From contig NW_026515635.1 in the NCBI RefSeq assembly GCF_000738915.1, positions 434,001 to 498,000 on the forward strand: 64,000 nucleotides of DNA, written 5' to 3'. Made by a program: the position numbers and the translations under genes. The stretch comes from Nematocida ausubeli (Eukaryota). Shown piece after piece: positions 39,683-49,497 of this stretch; positions within the stretch are counted from its first letter, which is position 1, and each line of letters begins with the position of its first letter. The notes under the pieces are model-generated. The model was not told the origin of the DNA. It saw nothing but the letters and a program-made list of their open reading frames with translations, and made no database searches.

Positions 39683-41263
39683 TTATAACTGCGCTTTCTC
39701 TGCTACAATGTGTCTTCCATACAGATGGACATGCCTTAGTTTTTTGAGAAGAATGTTTGCAGCTTCGCTTGACTGCATCTCAACAAAGCAGAATCCTCTA
39801 TGAGTTCCGTCCGACTTCACTGGCATTCTTAATGTGTACTCCTTTCCTATCAAGCCAGTTATCAGTTCTGAGAGCTCCGATCTTCCTGCCTGGAATGGCA
39901 CATTCTTCAGTATAATTTTAAGCATGTGCGGGTTATCTGCCTCGCGCTTGAGCTCGCTGTCTGCTGACTTCAGGCTGGAGACAGGAGGCAGGCCTGCCAT
40001 CTCCCGGGCATATCTCTCTTTTGTCACCTTCAAATACTCTATGTAGATGGGCTGGTCCCGCACGCGAGTAAAGTTGTTTGCCTTAAGCTCTGTTGCTGCG
40101 TCAGATTTAGTGGTGTACTCTAAAATAAGAAGAGTTTTTGATGGAGAGAAGACTGCTCGGATGTACTTTTTAAAGTACTCTCGAATCTCGCCCTCCTTTA
40201 TTCCGTATGGTATGTTCTTGATCAATATTGACTTCTTTGAGACAAACATGCACACGCAGGGTTTTTTACTGCACACGCATTCCTCAGATATTCCTTCATC
40301 TTTCAGGAAAAGACGTGTTCTTTCAATTAATTCGCTCTCCAGCAGTGCTATTCGACCACCCAATCCAATTCCTCTGTCTTTAAGAATGTCTTGTTTAGAA
40401 ACCTTCTTCTCCTTGGATGCAACACCAAGAATCGCAGAAAAGTTGAAAAAGACTGGATTGTATCGTCCATGTGATACATTGCTTTTGTTTTTGTCGGTTA
40501 CTTCCTCAACAGGTTTTCCCCTGCTAGGAAGTATTTTAATGTTCTTTCCTTGGAACATAATTGTTTCGCCTACAAGCTTATACGCGTCTTTGGGAAATGT
40601 GAATGTGACTATTGCAAAGCCTGTGTTTAGTGTTTGCCCTTCACCCCAAGTGTCCTCTCTTTCTTTATACTTCATAAATACCTCAGAAATCATTCCATAC
40701 TCTTGGAATGCCTTCTCCACCTCTTCTTCTGTCGCTGTGTATGGTATGCCGTTAACAAAAATCTCGCCAGTCTCAAGCACCTTTTCCTTGTTTTTTGTCA
40801 GTGCATTTTGCCTGTACCGGTCAACCATTGTCTCAAGTGTCTCCTTTTTCTCTTCTTTTTTTCCGCTTGCTGGGTCCTCTTCATCTGCAGTTGTAGACCA
40901 CGAGTTCTCCTTTTTTGCCTGGAGCAGTTTAAGAATTTCTTTCATCTCCTCCACCTCAAGCCCATCACTCAGTGTTTTTCTGTGCTTTGCAGGCCTTTCT
41001 TCTTGGTCTCGCTTCTCAAGAGCCTCCTTGCTCACACTCTTTGCAACAATAAGCCTCTTTCCATTATAGTAAGATTTGTTGTAATGACGGATGCTGGCTG
41101 CTGCCTCTTCTTCTGTTTTGTACCCAATAAACGCAACACCTCTGCTCTCTCCCTGTATTGTGTTTAAAAGACGCACGTCTGTTGGGACCCCCTTTGCCGA
41201 AAAGTGCTCCTTTATGTTTTGCTTTGTTGCCGTTAACGATAAGTTTTTCACTATAATCCGCAT
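39683..41263 (-). CDS. MRD1: Multiple-RRM ribosome biogenesis factor Mrd1/RBM19
   Basis: MRIIVKNL...SRGVAFIGYKTEEEA, central RRMs, and C-terminal KIILKNVPFQA...HRGFCFVE...HLYGRHIV. Confidence 0.93.
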   Translation of the reverse strand: MRIIVKNLSLTATKQNIKEHFSAKGVPTDVRLLNTIQGESRGVAFIGYKTEEEAAASIRHYNKSYYNGKRLIVAKSVSKEALEKRDQEERPAKHRKTLSDGLEVEEMKEILKLLQAKKENSWSTTADEEDPASGKKEEKKETLETMVDRYRQNALTKNKEKVLETGEIFVNGIPYTATEEEVEKAFQEYGMISEVFMKYKEREDTWGEGQTLNTGFAIVTFTFPKDAYKLVGETIMFQGKNIKILPSRGKPVEEVTDKNKSNVSHGRYNPVFFNFSAILGVASKEKKVSKQDILKDRGIGLGGRIALLESELIERTRLFLKDEGISEECVCSKKPCVCMFVSKKSILIKNIPYGIKEGEIREYFKKYIRAVFSPSKTLLILEYTTKSDAATELKANNFTRVRDQPIYIEYLKVTKERYAREMAGLPPVSSLKSADSELKREADNPHMLKIILKNVPFQAGRSELSELITGLIGKEYTLRMPVKSDGTHRGFCFVEMQSSEAANILLKKLRHVHLYGRHIVAEKAQL

Positions 41264-41320
41264 TTAAAACTTTTACAAAAATACTTCTATTATATGCTCT
41301 TTCCCGAACTTTATTTATTC

Positions 41321-41719
41321 TTACTCAGTCAGACCCATGTTTCCAAATAAAACATCTCTTCCTTCAGTGTTCTCTCCGAAGTCCTCAATTGAAGCAATTG
41401 CGCACTTGGCATCCTTTACGATGTTTCCAGTCTCGTCTGTTTTGCAGATTCCGACGTATCTGGCGAGCTCAGCGTGTGTGCCTATCTTTAGAACTGGCAC
41501 ATCGTACTGCTTGACTAACCCATCAATAATGGCAACCATCTTCTTCTCGTTAATCTCCCTTGACATAAGGATGAGCTTAGATCGGCCTCCTATTAAAGAC
41601 TTGGTTACCTGTCTGAACCCTTTAATGAGTCCTCCTACTTTTAAACTCGAGATGCACATGCTTTCAGATGCCTGTGTGATGTCCATTGTATTCTCTCCCT
41701 GCTGTAAGTTCATTGCCAT
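41321..41719 (-). CDS. RPS12: 40S ribosomal protein eS12
   Basis: GL.KG.RQ..K.L and L..YVGICK.D..GN..K..KC....I.DFG motifs. Confidence 0.92.
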   Translation of the reverse strand: MAMNLQQGENTMDITQASESMCISSLKVGGLIKGFRQVTKSLIGGRSKLILMSREINEKKMVAIIDGLVKQYDVPVLKIGTHAELARYVGICKTDETGNIVKDAKCAIASIEDFGENTEGRDVLFGNMGLTE

Positions 41720-41812
41720 TTTCTATACTGGGGTAGGAAAAAATAAAATTTATATGGCCTGCCTCTGCTCTGCAGTAAACCGGCTTTACATAAAACATTA
41801 TTCTCTTTTCAT

Positions 41813-42268
41813 TCATAGCGCCTTCTTCTTCTGTTCCTCGCTTCTAAATACATTGATTGCTATTTTAATATTCCGCGGGGTTTTTATTGAGCACAGACTT
41901 AGCTTTTGGTTATGAAAGAATATGTTTAGCAGCTTCAGCTGCTCAGTGAGCGAGTTTGTCACTTTGGAGGATCTTCTAAGAAGACGCACATAGACATACC
42001 CGAGCAGTAAAATGGCACCAAGTATCCTCAAATACACTCTGAATATAAGATCTGTTAAATAGATGGAGTCCTTACTATACAGATCCCACAGAATATTATA
42101 CATCTGTCTGTTAATGTATAGTGTGTATGCACACACCATAATCATCAACATAACAAAATATGTAAATCTTCTCTTTGTCTCATGGATGTATTTATTCTTG
42201 AGCTGCTTTTCAAATATAAGGATGTCCTTGATTGGGTTCAGAGGCCTGTCTACTCTAACTTCCTCCAT
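41813..42268 (-). CDS. Spo7/CNEP1R1-like regulatory subunit of the Nem1 phosphatase
   Basis: KDILIFEKQLK..Y......F.YF, followed by two TMs and ..L..LNI.F, resembling Spo7 RNLLI.E..LR / L..FN. Confidence 0.6.
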   Translation of the reverse strand: MEEVRVDRPLNPIKDILIFEKQLKNKYIHETKRRFTYFVMLMIMVCAYTLYINRQMYNILWDLYSKDSIYLTDLIFRVYLRILGAILLLGYVYVRLLRRSSKVTNSLTEQLKLLNIFFHNQKLSLCSIKTPRNIKIAINVFRSEEQKKKAL

Positions 42269-43198
42269 TGCCTAAGATGAAAAGCACGAAAATTTTCTTA
42301 AAATTAATGAGATCAGATATGCTGCAGGCTTTATAAAAGAGACCGCATAGGATAATTGTTGCCACCTACCTGGTTATACTGATTTTCTTGGTTTTTTATC
42401 ATCTTTTTCCGTTATATAATTGTATTTACAGATGTTTTCACATAAAACCCGGGAGATTACTCTATCTCTGCAGAGTTCTCTGCCTAATGCAAGCATGCAA
42501 TAAACTAGAGCGCGTGTAAACTTGCTATGTCTCTTAGCATATTACATTTATCAGAAAATATACATAAAGAAATATCTAGATACAAAATCGCATCCTTACT
42601 ACGAATACAATATGACAATGTAAACATAGATATACGCATGGTTCTATTTTTCTATATTAGCACACTTTTCCTGCACACTGAAATTCATCACTAAAGCTCT
42701 TTTCTAGGTATGTATTAGTAGTACCTATGCGGTTTAAGAATGTAGTAATAATACTTTCTGCACATTAAGTCCTCTTTACACTTATAGAAATTATTTGGCA
42801 TTCATATATACTCCTTTTACTAGCAGTCTATGCAGGGCTTCTCTCAAACTTAAAGCAGCAAAGTACACTGAGGAATTAGCAGTTCTTAAATACTTTTGTG
42901 TACAGAACTAGTATGCGCATCACATATACTTGTCTGATGTGCAGGACCAGAAAAATATACAATGCATGACAGCACTTATAAATCTGCAATTTATAGATAA
43001 CTTATATACAAGCTCAATAATTGTTCTGGCAGTCTATCAAACAGATTGGAGCACATAATATTTGTTTATTGTAAGAGATCTCTATCCTAGTCTTCATCTT
43101 GAAAAAATGAATATGCGCACTCCCATACTACTATACTATGATATTTCACCCACCTACAAAAAAGCATCTAGGATGAAAATCTAAATTGAGCATTCGTG

Positions 43199-44068
43199 TT
43201 ATACACTGCAATACTGAGAAATCATTAGGTCTTTCTCTTTAAACTTGCTGACTAAATATTCTGCATTTTTTACATCCTGCGTAATACTCTCCCTCTCTAC
43301 AATTATTTTGAATATTCCTGGGACTCTTTGAGAAACACAGCTTAGGAAAGAAGGAGGCTCCTCTCTCCTTCCATTCACTAAATACACCATTGTCACATTA
43401 AGAATGGCAGAAAACGGAGGACTAGGCAAACTATTCACGCACAAATTATATCCTTTAGTTCTTGGATACAAAACATTTCTAAGTGTGGAAAGGCCTTTTT
43501 TCTGTGTGTACTCTGCAGACTCCTTTTGCTTGGACTGTGTAAAGCGGGTTCCTTCCGGATAGATAACTAATGAAATGCCAGAGGACTGCTTTGTGCACCA
43601 CTTCTTGATTCTTTCGCAGTCAATGCTCCATGCTCTTTTAATAAACAGATAGTCTGAAAGGTACATTCCCCATCCAATAACGGGTATCCACCTTAGCTCG
43701 CTCTTGCATATAAACCTAGGGTTCATCTGGAATCTTTTAGATATCATAGCAAGTAATGTCCCATCAAATGCACATATGTGGTTACTTATTATCAAAAGAG
43801 ACTCTTGTCTGTCTTCTAATTTATTTCTCTGCTTTTCATTTATGTACTGAACCTCAATTGCATTTTTATTCCCTATCCGTAGAAGAAAGAGACATGCACT
43901 TGCAAAATGTCTATTGTACCAGTCCATTACCCAAACCATTGACTTTCTGTTGATTATTACCATAGGAAATGTAATAATCTGTAGAAGCAGAAGCAGGAAT
44001 ATGCAGGCAATAAGATAGAGCGACATGACCATCTTGCACAAAGTAAATATAAACCCAAATCTATTCAT
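43199..44068 (-). CDS. Lysophospholipid (1-acylglycerol-3-phosphate) acyltransferase, PlsC family
   Basis: SNHICAFD (NHX4D), K.EL.WIP.IGWG, FIKR.W, YPEGTRFT and VLYPRTKG motifs. Confidence 0.93.
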   Translation of the reverse strand: MNRFGFIFTLCKMVMSLYLIACIFLLLLLQIITFPMVIINRKSMVWVMDWYNRHFASACLFLLRIGNKNAIEVQYINEKQRNKLEDRQESLLIISNHICAFDGTLLAMISKRFQMNPRFICKSELRWIPVIGWGMYLSDYLFIKRAWSIDCERIKKWCTKQSSGISLVIYPEGTRFTQSKQKESAEYTQKKGLSTLRNVLYPRTKGYNLCVNSLPSPPFSAILNVTMVYLVNGRREEPPSFLSCVSQRVPGIFKIIVERESITQDVKNAEYLVSKFKEKDLMISQYCSV

Positions 44069-44348
44069 TGCACTCAATAAAAAGTAAAAGCAAAGAATAA
44101 AATATATTCTGGCTAGAACAAAAATCACTGCTGAAAATCATACTAGTGCACACCAAGCACAAATTGTGTGATGATTTTATAAACATCAATTATAGGTCAT
44201 ATCTGCTGGATTTATCAGATCTGCTGTGACTAGAAATGTAAAACACCAAATGAAATGGCATTTAATGCATTGTAGCAGATTCTTGGAAACACTGTTTGTT
44301 TGTCTACACAATGAATATGCATAAAAGCGGAAACCAAAACAAGGCACT

Positions 44349-46277
44349 ATGTTGACATTCAAGAAAGAGAAGAGCGCAAATGAAATCAAGCCAACCATAG
44401 ATTCCATTGCGGATAAGAACAAAAATGCATGCGAGGAAGAAAGTCCAGTGGAGTGCACAACTCCATCCGATGCATTTATACTTGATATGCCTGACACGGT
44501 CTTAGACTATTCTGAAATTTCATATCCTGAGGATGACGTGTCTGAAGAAGAAATGAGCCCAAAGAAGCCCAAAACCACTTGGGAGGAGTACCAGCGCAAG
44601 ACAGCCAGCATAATGGAGGCCGAGGCACAAGAGGCTCTGAAAGCCAAAGAAGCCAAAGAGGCCATGAAAAAAGCCCTTCAAGCAAACACACTTCCAAAAC
44701 AAGAGAAGCCACTTGCAGAGGGTGTTTATAATACGGAGGAAAAAGAAAAAGTTGATGAGGCAGTGCCAGTAGAGGAGGCACTGCTTGAGAGCAGCGAAGA
44801 AATTGAGTTAGAAGATGAGGATTTAATTCTTGATGAAGAGAGCGAGAGTTTAGTTGAGGAAGAGGAAAAGAAGGAGTGTGCAAGCGAGTGTAAGAGCGAA
44901 GAAGAAGTGCAAAATAAGAATGAGATAGTAGCAGATGCATGTACTAGTGCAGAAACAGAGACTTCTGTAGTGGAAGAAGAGTCTTCATTTGATGTTGTGA
45001 TTGAAGACTCCTCTGAGTCCGCGGAAGAAACATTAGGAGAGACTCCAGAAGAAACTCCATCCGATAATGAGCTAGTATTCATTTCCTTAGATGAGAATGA
45101 TTCAGCCGAAGAAACTCTCCAAACTATGCAGACAGAAACTCCTCAAAGCATTCAGACAGATTCTATAGCTAGTGAACCTCAGCCTGTACCAAGCGACGAA
45201 GAAAAGCAAAAAGAACCCAAACAAGCACCAGAACCCTTCTTTTCTCCTAAAAAAGAAGAAACTGCGTACATTTCAGCCTCCCACACTATAAACCCATTCA
45301 GCAGTATTCAAATGCCTTCTAGGCCTGTGACCTTCACTAACTCAGGAAGACCTCCAAAGGCCATTAAAGCAGTCCATGTGCCTCCTGTGATCATCCGAGA
45401 CCAAGCAGAAATTGTCAAGAATCCTAATGAGAATATAGTATTCGCTGAACCAGAAGAACTGCCAATTCCCATACCTTCTGTCAAAGAATCGAGCCCCAAA
45501 GAGATGCAAAGCATACAAGTTCCTGAGCCAAAGATTGAAAAAGAGCCAGAAGCAATAAAAGAGATAGTAGCCCCCTTGCCTGCCCAGACTACTTCTCTTT
45601 TTGACAAAATTCTAACAGTTATGCAGACTATCTGCCTGGTTCCGCTTCTTGGTCTTCAAATATCTGCCCTACAAGGATATGGCATGCGCATGACCCATAC
45701 GTTGCTGAATTTATTTTCTGCAGACACTTTGCTTCCAGCCTTCTTTGCAGTTTCCTTTGTGCCCCTTATTTTCTCTCTGCTGCTATCTACAAGAGCACTG
45801 ATTAATGCATTTTTAGTGGAGCCTACTATGCCAGCCATCCCAAGGAAAGAGACCATCAAAGAGATCAAAATCAAAGGATTTTATTTGCTAGACTTAATGC
45901 AGATATCTCTATTCCTTCCCTTTTCTCTTGGCATGGCCCGTCCTTTCCTCCAGGAATTCTTCAGAAAGCCAGAAAGAGGCTGGGCACTTGGCAAATTTAC
46001 ATGCGAGCTGCTATACATAGTCTTTATTCTTTGCGTGGCCCACCGTGCATATGAAACCTGGAGAAACACAAAAATATCCACAAAGTCTGAATTCTCTGTC
46101 ATTTACACGTCTTTGCCTCGAGTTACAGCGTGCATCTCTGCTTTACTCCAGATATATATCTTCCGGTATTTACTACAAGTCTCCATTGACATTGCCACAG
46201 ACTACGATAAACTTCAAAAAATAATTGCATTTGCAACTGAAAACATACTTACTCCTGTGCAGAGTGCTTTGCAATGA
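44349..46277 (+). CDS. Hypothetical protein: long acidic and Pro-rich low-complexity N-terminus plus a C-terminal multi-TM domain, 642 aa
   Basis: Uninterrupted ORF; about 410 aa rich in E/S/P, followed by about 5 hydrophobic helices. Confidence 0.85.
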   Translation: MLTFKKEKSANEIKPTIDSIADKNKNACEEESPVECTTPSDAFILDMPDTVLDYSEISYPEDDVSEEEMSPKKPKTTWEEYQRKTASIMEAEAQEALKAKEAKEAMKKALQANTLPKQEKPLAEGVYNTEEKEKVDEAVPVEEALLESSEEIELEDEDLILDEESESLVEEEEKKECASECKSEEEVQNKNEIVADACTSAETETSVVEEESSFDVVIEDSSESAEETLGETPEETPSDNELVFISLDENDSAEETLQTMQTETPQSIQTDSIASEPQPVPSDEEKQKEPKQAPEPFFSPKKEETAYISASHTINPFSSIQMPSRPVTFTNSGRPPKAIKAVHVPPVIIRDQAEIVKNPNENIVFAEPEELPIPIPSVKESSPKEMQSIQVPEPKIEKEPEAIKEIVAPLPAQTTSLFDKILTVMQTICLVPLLGLQISALQGYGMRMTHTLLNLFSADTLLPAFFAVSFVPLIFSLLLSTRALINAFLVEPTMPAIPRKETIKEIKIKGFYLLDLMQISLFLPFSLGMARPFLQEFFRKPERGWALGKFTCELLYIVFILCVAHRAYETWRNTKISTKSEFSVIYTSLPRVTACISALLQIYIFRYLLQVSIDIATDYDKLQKIIAFATENILTPVQSALQ

Positions 46278-46515
46278 AGATACTGCACTGTATCCCAAAT
46301 GATTGTTCTCAATTAAAAAGACCCTCTACTCTTTGCTAGATAATCACATAAATAAACTCAACTTAATATTTACTTTCATCTTTCTCTTCCTCTCTTGGGA
46401 AGAACTATGCAAGCAGGCCCTTTCTTTCATATTTCAATGGAGCAGGCACTCTCTGCATAGGGCCAAGCATCGGCTGGCCAAGCACATAGCAATTTATCCC
46501 ACTCTGTACAATCAG

Positions 46516-47673
46516 CTACCTAAATGCAATTATATCTAAATTAGACTCACTTTTTGCGCACTTGCTATCGAAAAGGTTCCAGAAGTTAAGATTCTCATCA
46601 GCCCCGCACGTAGCAAGTATCTCTCCATTTGGTGACAGAGCACTAAATAGAACTCTTCCTGTGTGCCCTTTCATATCGCCTATTTTCCTCATGCTGCAAT
46701 ACTTCCATACTGCCACGTTATTATCAGAGTACCCGTGTGTCGTAATAATCTCTTTGTATCTTTCACTAAAGACAATGCTACACACCTGCGAGCCAGTGTC
46801 TATACTGCTAAGACATACTCCCTTGTCTACATCCCAAGTCCGAATTGTTCTGTCATTTGTTCCTCCTCCAGTTGAAAGAATTCCTTTCTTCCATGGGCAC
46901 CAATTGACAGCCCGAACAGCTGCCGTGTGATCTGTCAGCTTCACTCTGGGCCTGTCATATCCATTTCTCCAGACGCAGACATTATTGTCATTTGCACCGC
47001 TTGCCAAATAAGACCCATCCGCATCCCACTTCAGCCCGCACACTTCCTGCGTGTGGTGCAGAAAGCTGGACACGTGCTCACCACTTCGCACATCATAATT
47101 AAATATATTTCCATCCTTTCCACCTGCACTCACAACATTGTTTCCCCATGAAATTGATGAAACTCTTACACTTCTGCCTGGCAGGTCACACACCTTTTTG
47201 CTGCACACTACATCAATGACCGACAGATTCCCATCCGACATTCCATATGCAAGCAGGCCGTCCTTGGAGAAAGAGACAGAGGAAATGTGGTGGTTGTCTG
47301 GCGCATCAACCACATGAGAGACTGACTTGTTTGATGCATTCCACAAGTACAGCTGCTCACTCAGCCCAAGAGAGATCAGATTGTCTTTGCTCCAATCTAG
47401 TAGATTTACATAGTAGTCATTCAGAATAGAAGGTGCATCCAGAATTCTAAACGGACTAGCAGGGAGTGGTCTCTTGCTCATTCTGTCTATTCGCGACTCC
47501 ATCTTTAGTGGCCCACTATATGCAGCCCCCAATGAAAACCCAAAGCACTTCTTCTTCTCTTCTATCCCATACCTCTCCTTTATGTTTTTTCTTTTCTGTA
47601 TCCTCCGATATCTTGGCTCTATGAGTCCTTCAAAGGATATGTCCCACAGATCATCTAGACCAGAATGACCCAT
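46516..47673 (-). CDS. CDC20: APC/C co-activator, Cdc20/Fizzy family WD40 protein
   Basis: P.RILDAP.I..DYY.NLLDWS, H.QEVCGLKW, LASG.NDN, H.AAV.A..WCPW, GGG..DR.I, DTGSQVCS and DE.L.FW motifs. Confidence 0.93.
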   Translation of the reverse strand: MGHSGLDDLWDISFEGLIEPRYRRIQKRKNIKERYGIEEKKKCFGFSLGAAYSGPLKMESRIDRMSKRPLPASPFRILDAPSILNDYYVNLLDWSKDNLISLGLSEQLYLWNASNKSVSHVVDAPDNHHISSVSFSKDGLLAYGMSDGNLSVIDVVCSKKVCDLPGRSVRVSSISWGNNVVSAGGKDGNIFNYDVRSGEHVSSFLHHTQEVCGLKWDADGSYLASGANDNNVCVWRNGYDRPRVKLTDHTAAVRAVNWCPWKKGILSTGGGTNDRTIRTWDVDKGVCLSSIDTGSQVCSIVFSERYKEIITTHGYSDNNVAVWKYCSMRKIGDMKGHTGRVLFSALSPNGEILATCGADENLNFWNLFDSKCAKSESNLDIIAFR

Positions 47674-48215
47674 TTCTTTTTATGAAAAATAAACAATTTT
47701 ATAATTACTCTGAAGCCACCTCCATCACACTATATTTCATCGTGATGTAAATGATGAATATTCTGTCTTCTAGCTTAATATATGCAGATGAGTCTATTTC
47801 TTCTCTTCTAGCAACCATGCATTTTGTACGATATTACTGTACATTTATTTCTCTTAGTCAGCACATAATATCCTCATTTATTATAGTAGATGGCCAGAAT
47901 ATGTGCATGTTCTACCTTATTTTGTGCTGTATCCAGTTATAATACAGTTCTCTCTCTTTTTATGTGCTGAAATAGATGGCAGGCCTCCAAAATATATTTT
48001 AATGTATTTTAAGTATTTCTAGTGACTATATGCATGAGAATCCTCAAGGCACAGAAATACGGTGCTTTTAATAAAGCAGAAACTGCTGTCTTCTGTAAGT
48101 ATACTAATGCCTGTAGCACTCTCTTTATTAATACTGGCACACTACTGCCACCCACACAAATACATAGAGATTTACTTGCATACATTATTATTTATTCTTG
48201 TTACATAAAGCTTAC

Positions 48216-48491
48216 TTATTTTTTATCGAATTTCTCCAATAGCTTTGCCTTAACTACGCACCATATTTTTTCCTCTTCGCACTTGGCTTCTTTCATTATT
48301 TTATTCCAAAATCTTAGTATTTGCTTGTCTGCGTACTTTGTTGGATTGGTCATTACTTCCCACTCTAGATGGTTTTCTTCTATCAGCTCCAGTGTTTTTT
48401 TGATGTCCTTTGCCGTTATGGTTGGCACAATAACCTCCTTGTCACTTCGCAGCCCCTTGATTAGGTCATCTAAATCCTCTTCTGTGAGCAT
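48216..48491 (-). CDS. Hypothetical protein, 91 aa
   Basis: A-rich context before the ATG and a protein-like charged helical composition. Confidence 0.65.
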   Translation of the reverse strand: MLTEEDLDDLIKGLRSDKEVIVPTITAKDIKKTLELIEENHLEWEVMTNPTKYADKQILRFWNKIMKEAKCEEEKIWCVVKAKLLEKFDKK

Positions 48492-49497
48492 TTTTATTTT
48501 TATTCAGAGTTTTATTTTAAATATCTGCAGGCAGATTTATCAGACATAGATGCCGGGCTTTGAATTGTCTACCTCTAGGCCAGAATTGTCTTGTGCAGAG
48601 AAATATTTTCTTTATGTTTTTCTGAATTCATGCTGTATAAATATAAAGTGCATATTGAGAAGTATTTCTATAGAATATATTACTAGATGCAAATAGATAA
48701 GGCGGTTTGTCTTATTTTAGTGGAGTGTTCTTTCTCTGCTAGTATAAAGATTTAATATGCATCTAAATAGTATAAAGTATATTAAGATGTCATTTTATTA
48801 GCGTACTATGCTGCAGGTTATGGAATCTTCTCTAGTACAACAGAGTCATGGGTATTTTATCTGTATTGCTGCTTCTTCTGTATAGATGGATATATTTTAG
48901 ATGATTTGTATTTCTGTACACATAATCATTTAGTTGTACTTTTTGAATTATTTGTTTTTCTATGATGTGAAAGCTCTTCACTTTGATTTTCTACATGAAG
49001 GATTTAGTTTATAAAAACTTGAAAGCAAAAGAAAATATCTAGATGAAATGGCATAAGATGCAAAGTAACTAGATTCAAAGAGTCAGCTACAAGAACTAAC
49101 ACATTGCCTGTGAGCAAGAAACCACAGTACAGGATTAGAGAATATGAGTAAGTGTTGGCTATTTAACTATGCAGTGCACAATTTTAATATCTCTACAAGT
49201 GTTTAGAAAATATACATAGATTAAACACATATCTATCTAGAAATACACAGCAGGAATAGAATGTATAGAGGTTTTTATGTAATTTGTTTAGTAAGTATAA
49301 GATGATTATTTTTCTATAATGCAGCTTCTTTGGGCTTTTGTGTGCTCGTCTCAAAAAATTTCAGGATTGCAAATGCGTAGGGACAAAACTGCATTAGAGA
49401 ACAATGAGCATAAATAACACTATTTATAGACTATAAATACGGCAAGCATATCTTAATTTCTGAGGATTTAATTGTTTATTTTTTTATTTACTATACG

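Noticed and set aside
40047..41069. 340-aa plus-strand ORF and similar long antisense ORFs (13199-14011, 25688-26362, 57470-58078)
   Set aside because: They lie fully antisense to well-identified genes and have shadow-like composition.
20122..41719. Short spliceosomal introns near the ATG of ribosomal protein genes
   Set aside because: All six ribosomal protein genes read continuously from ATG to stop with normal N-termini.
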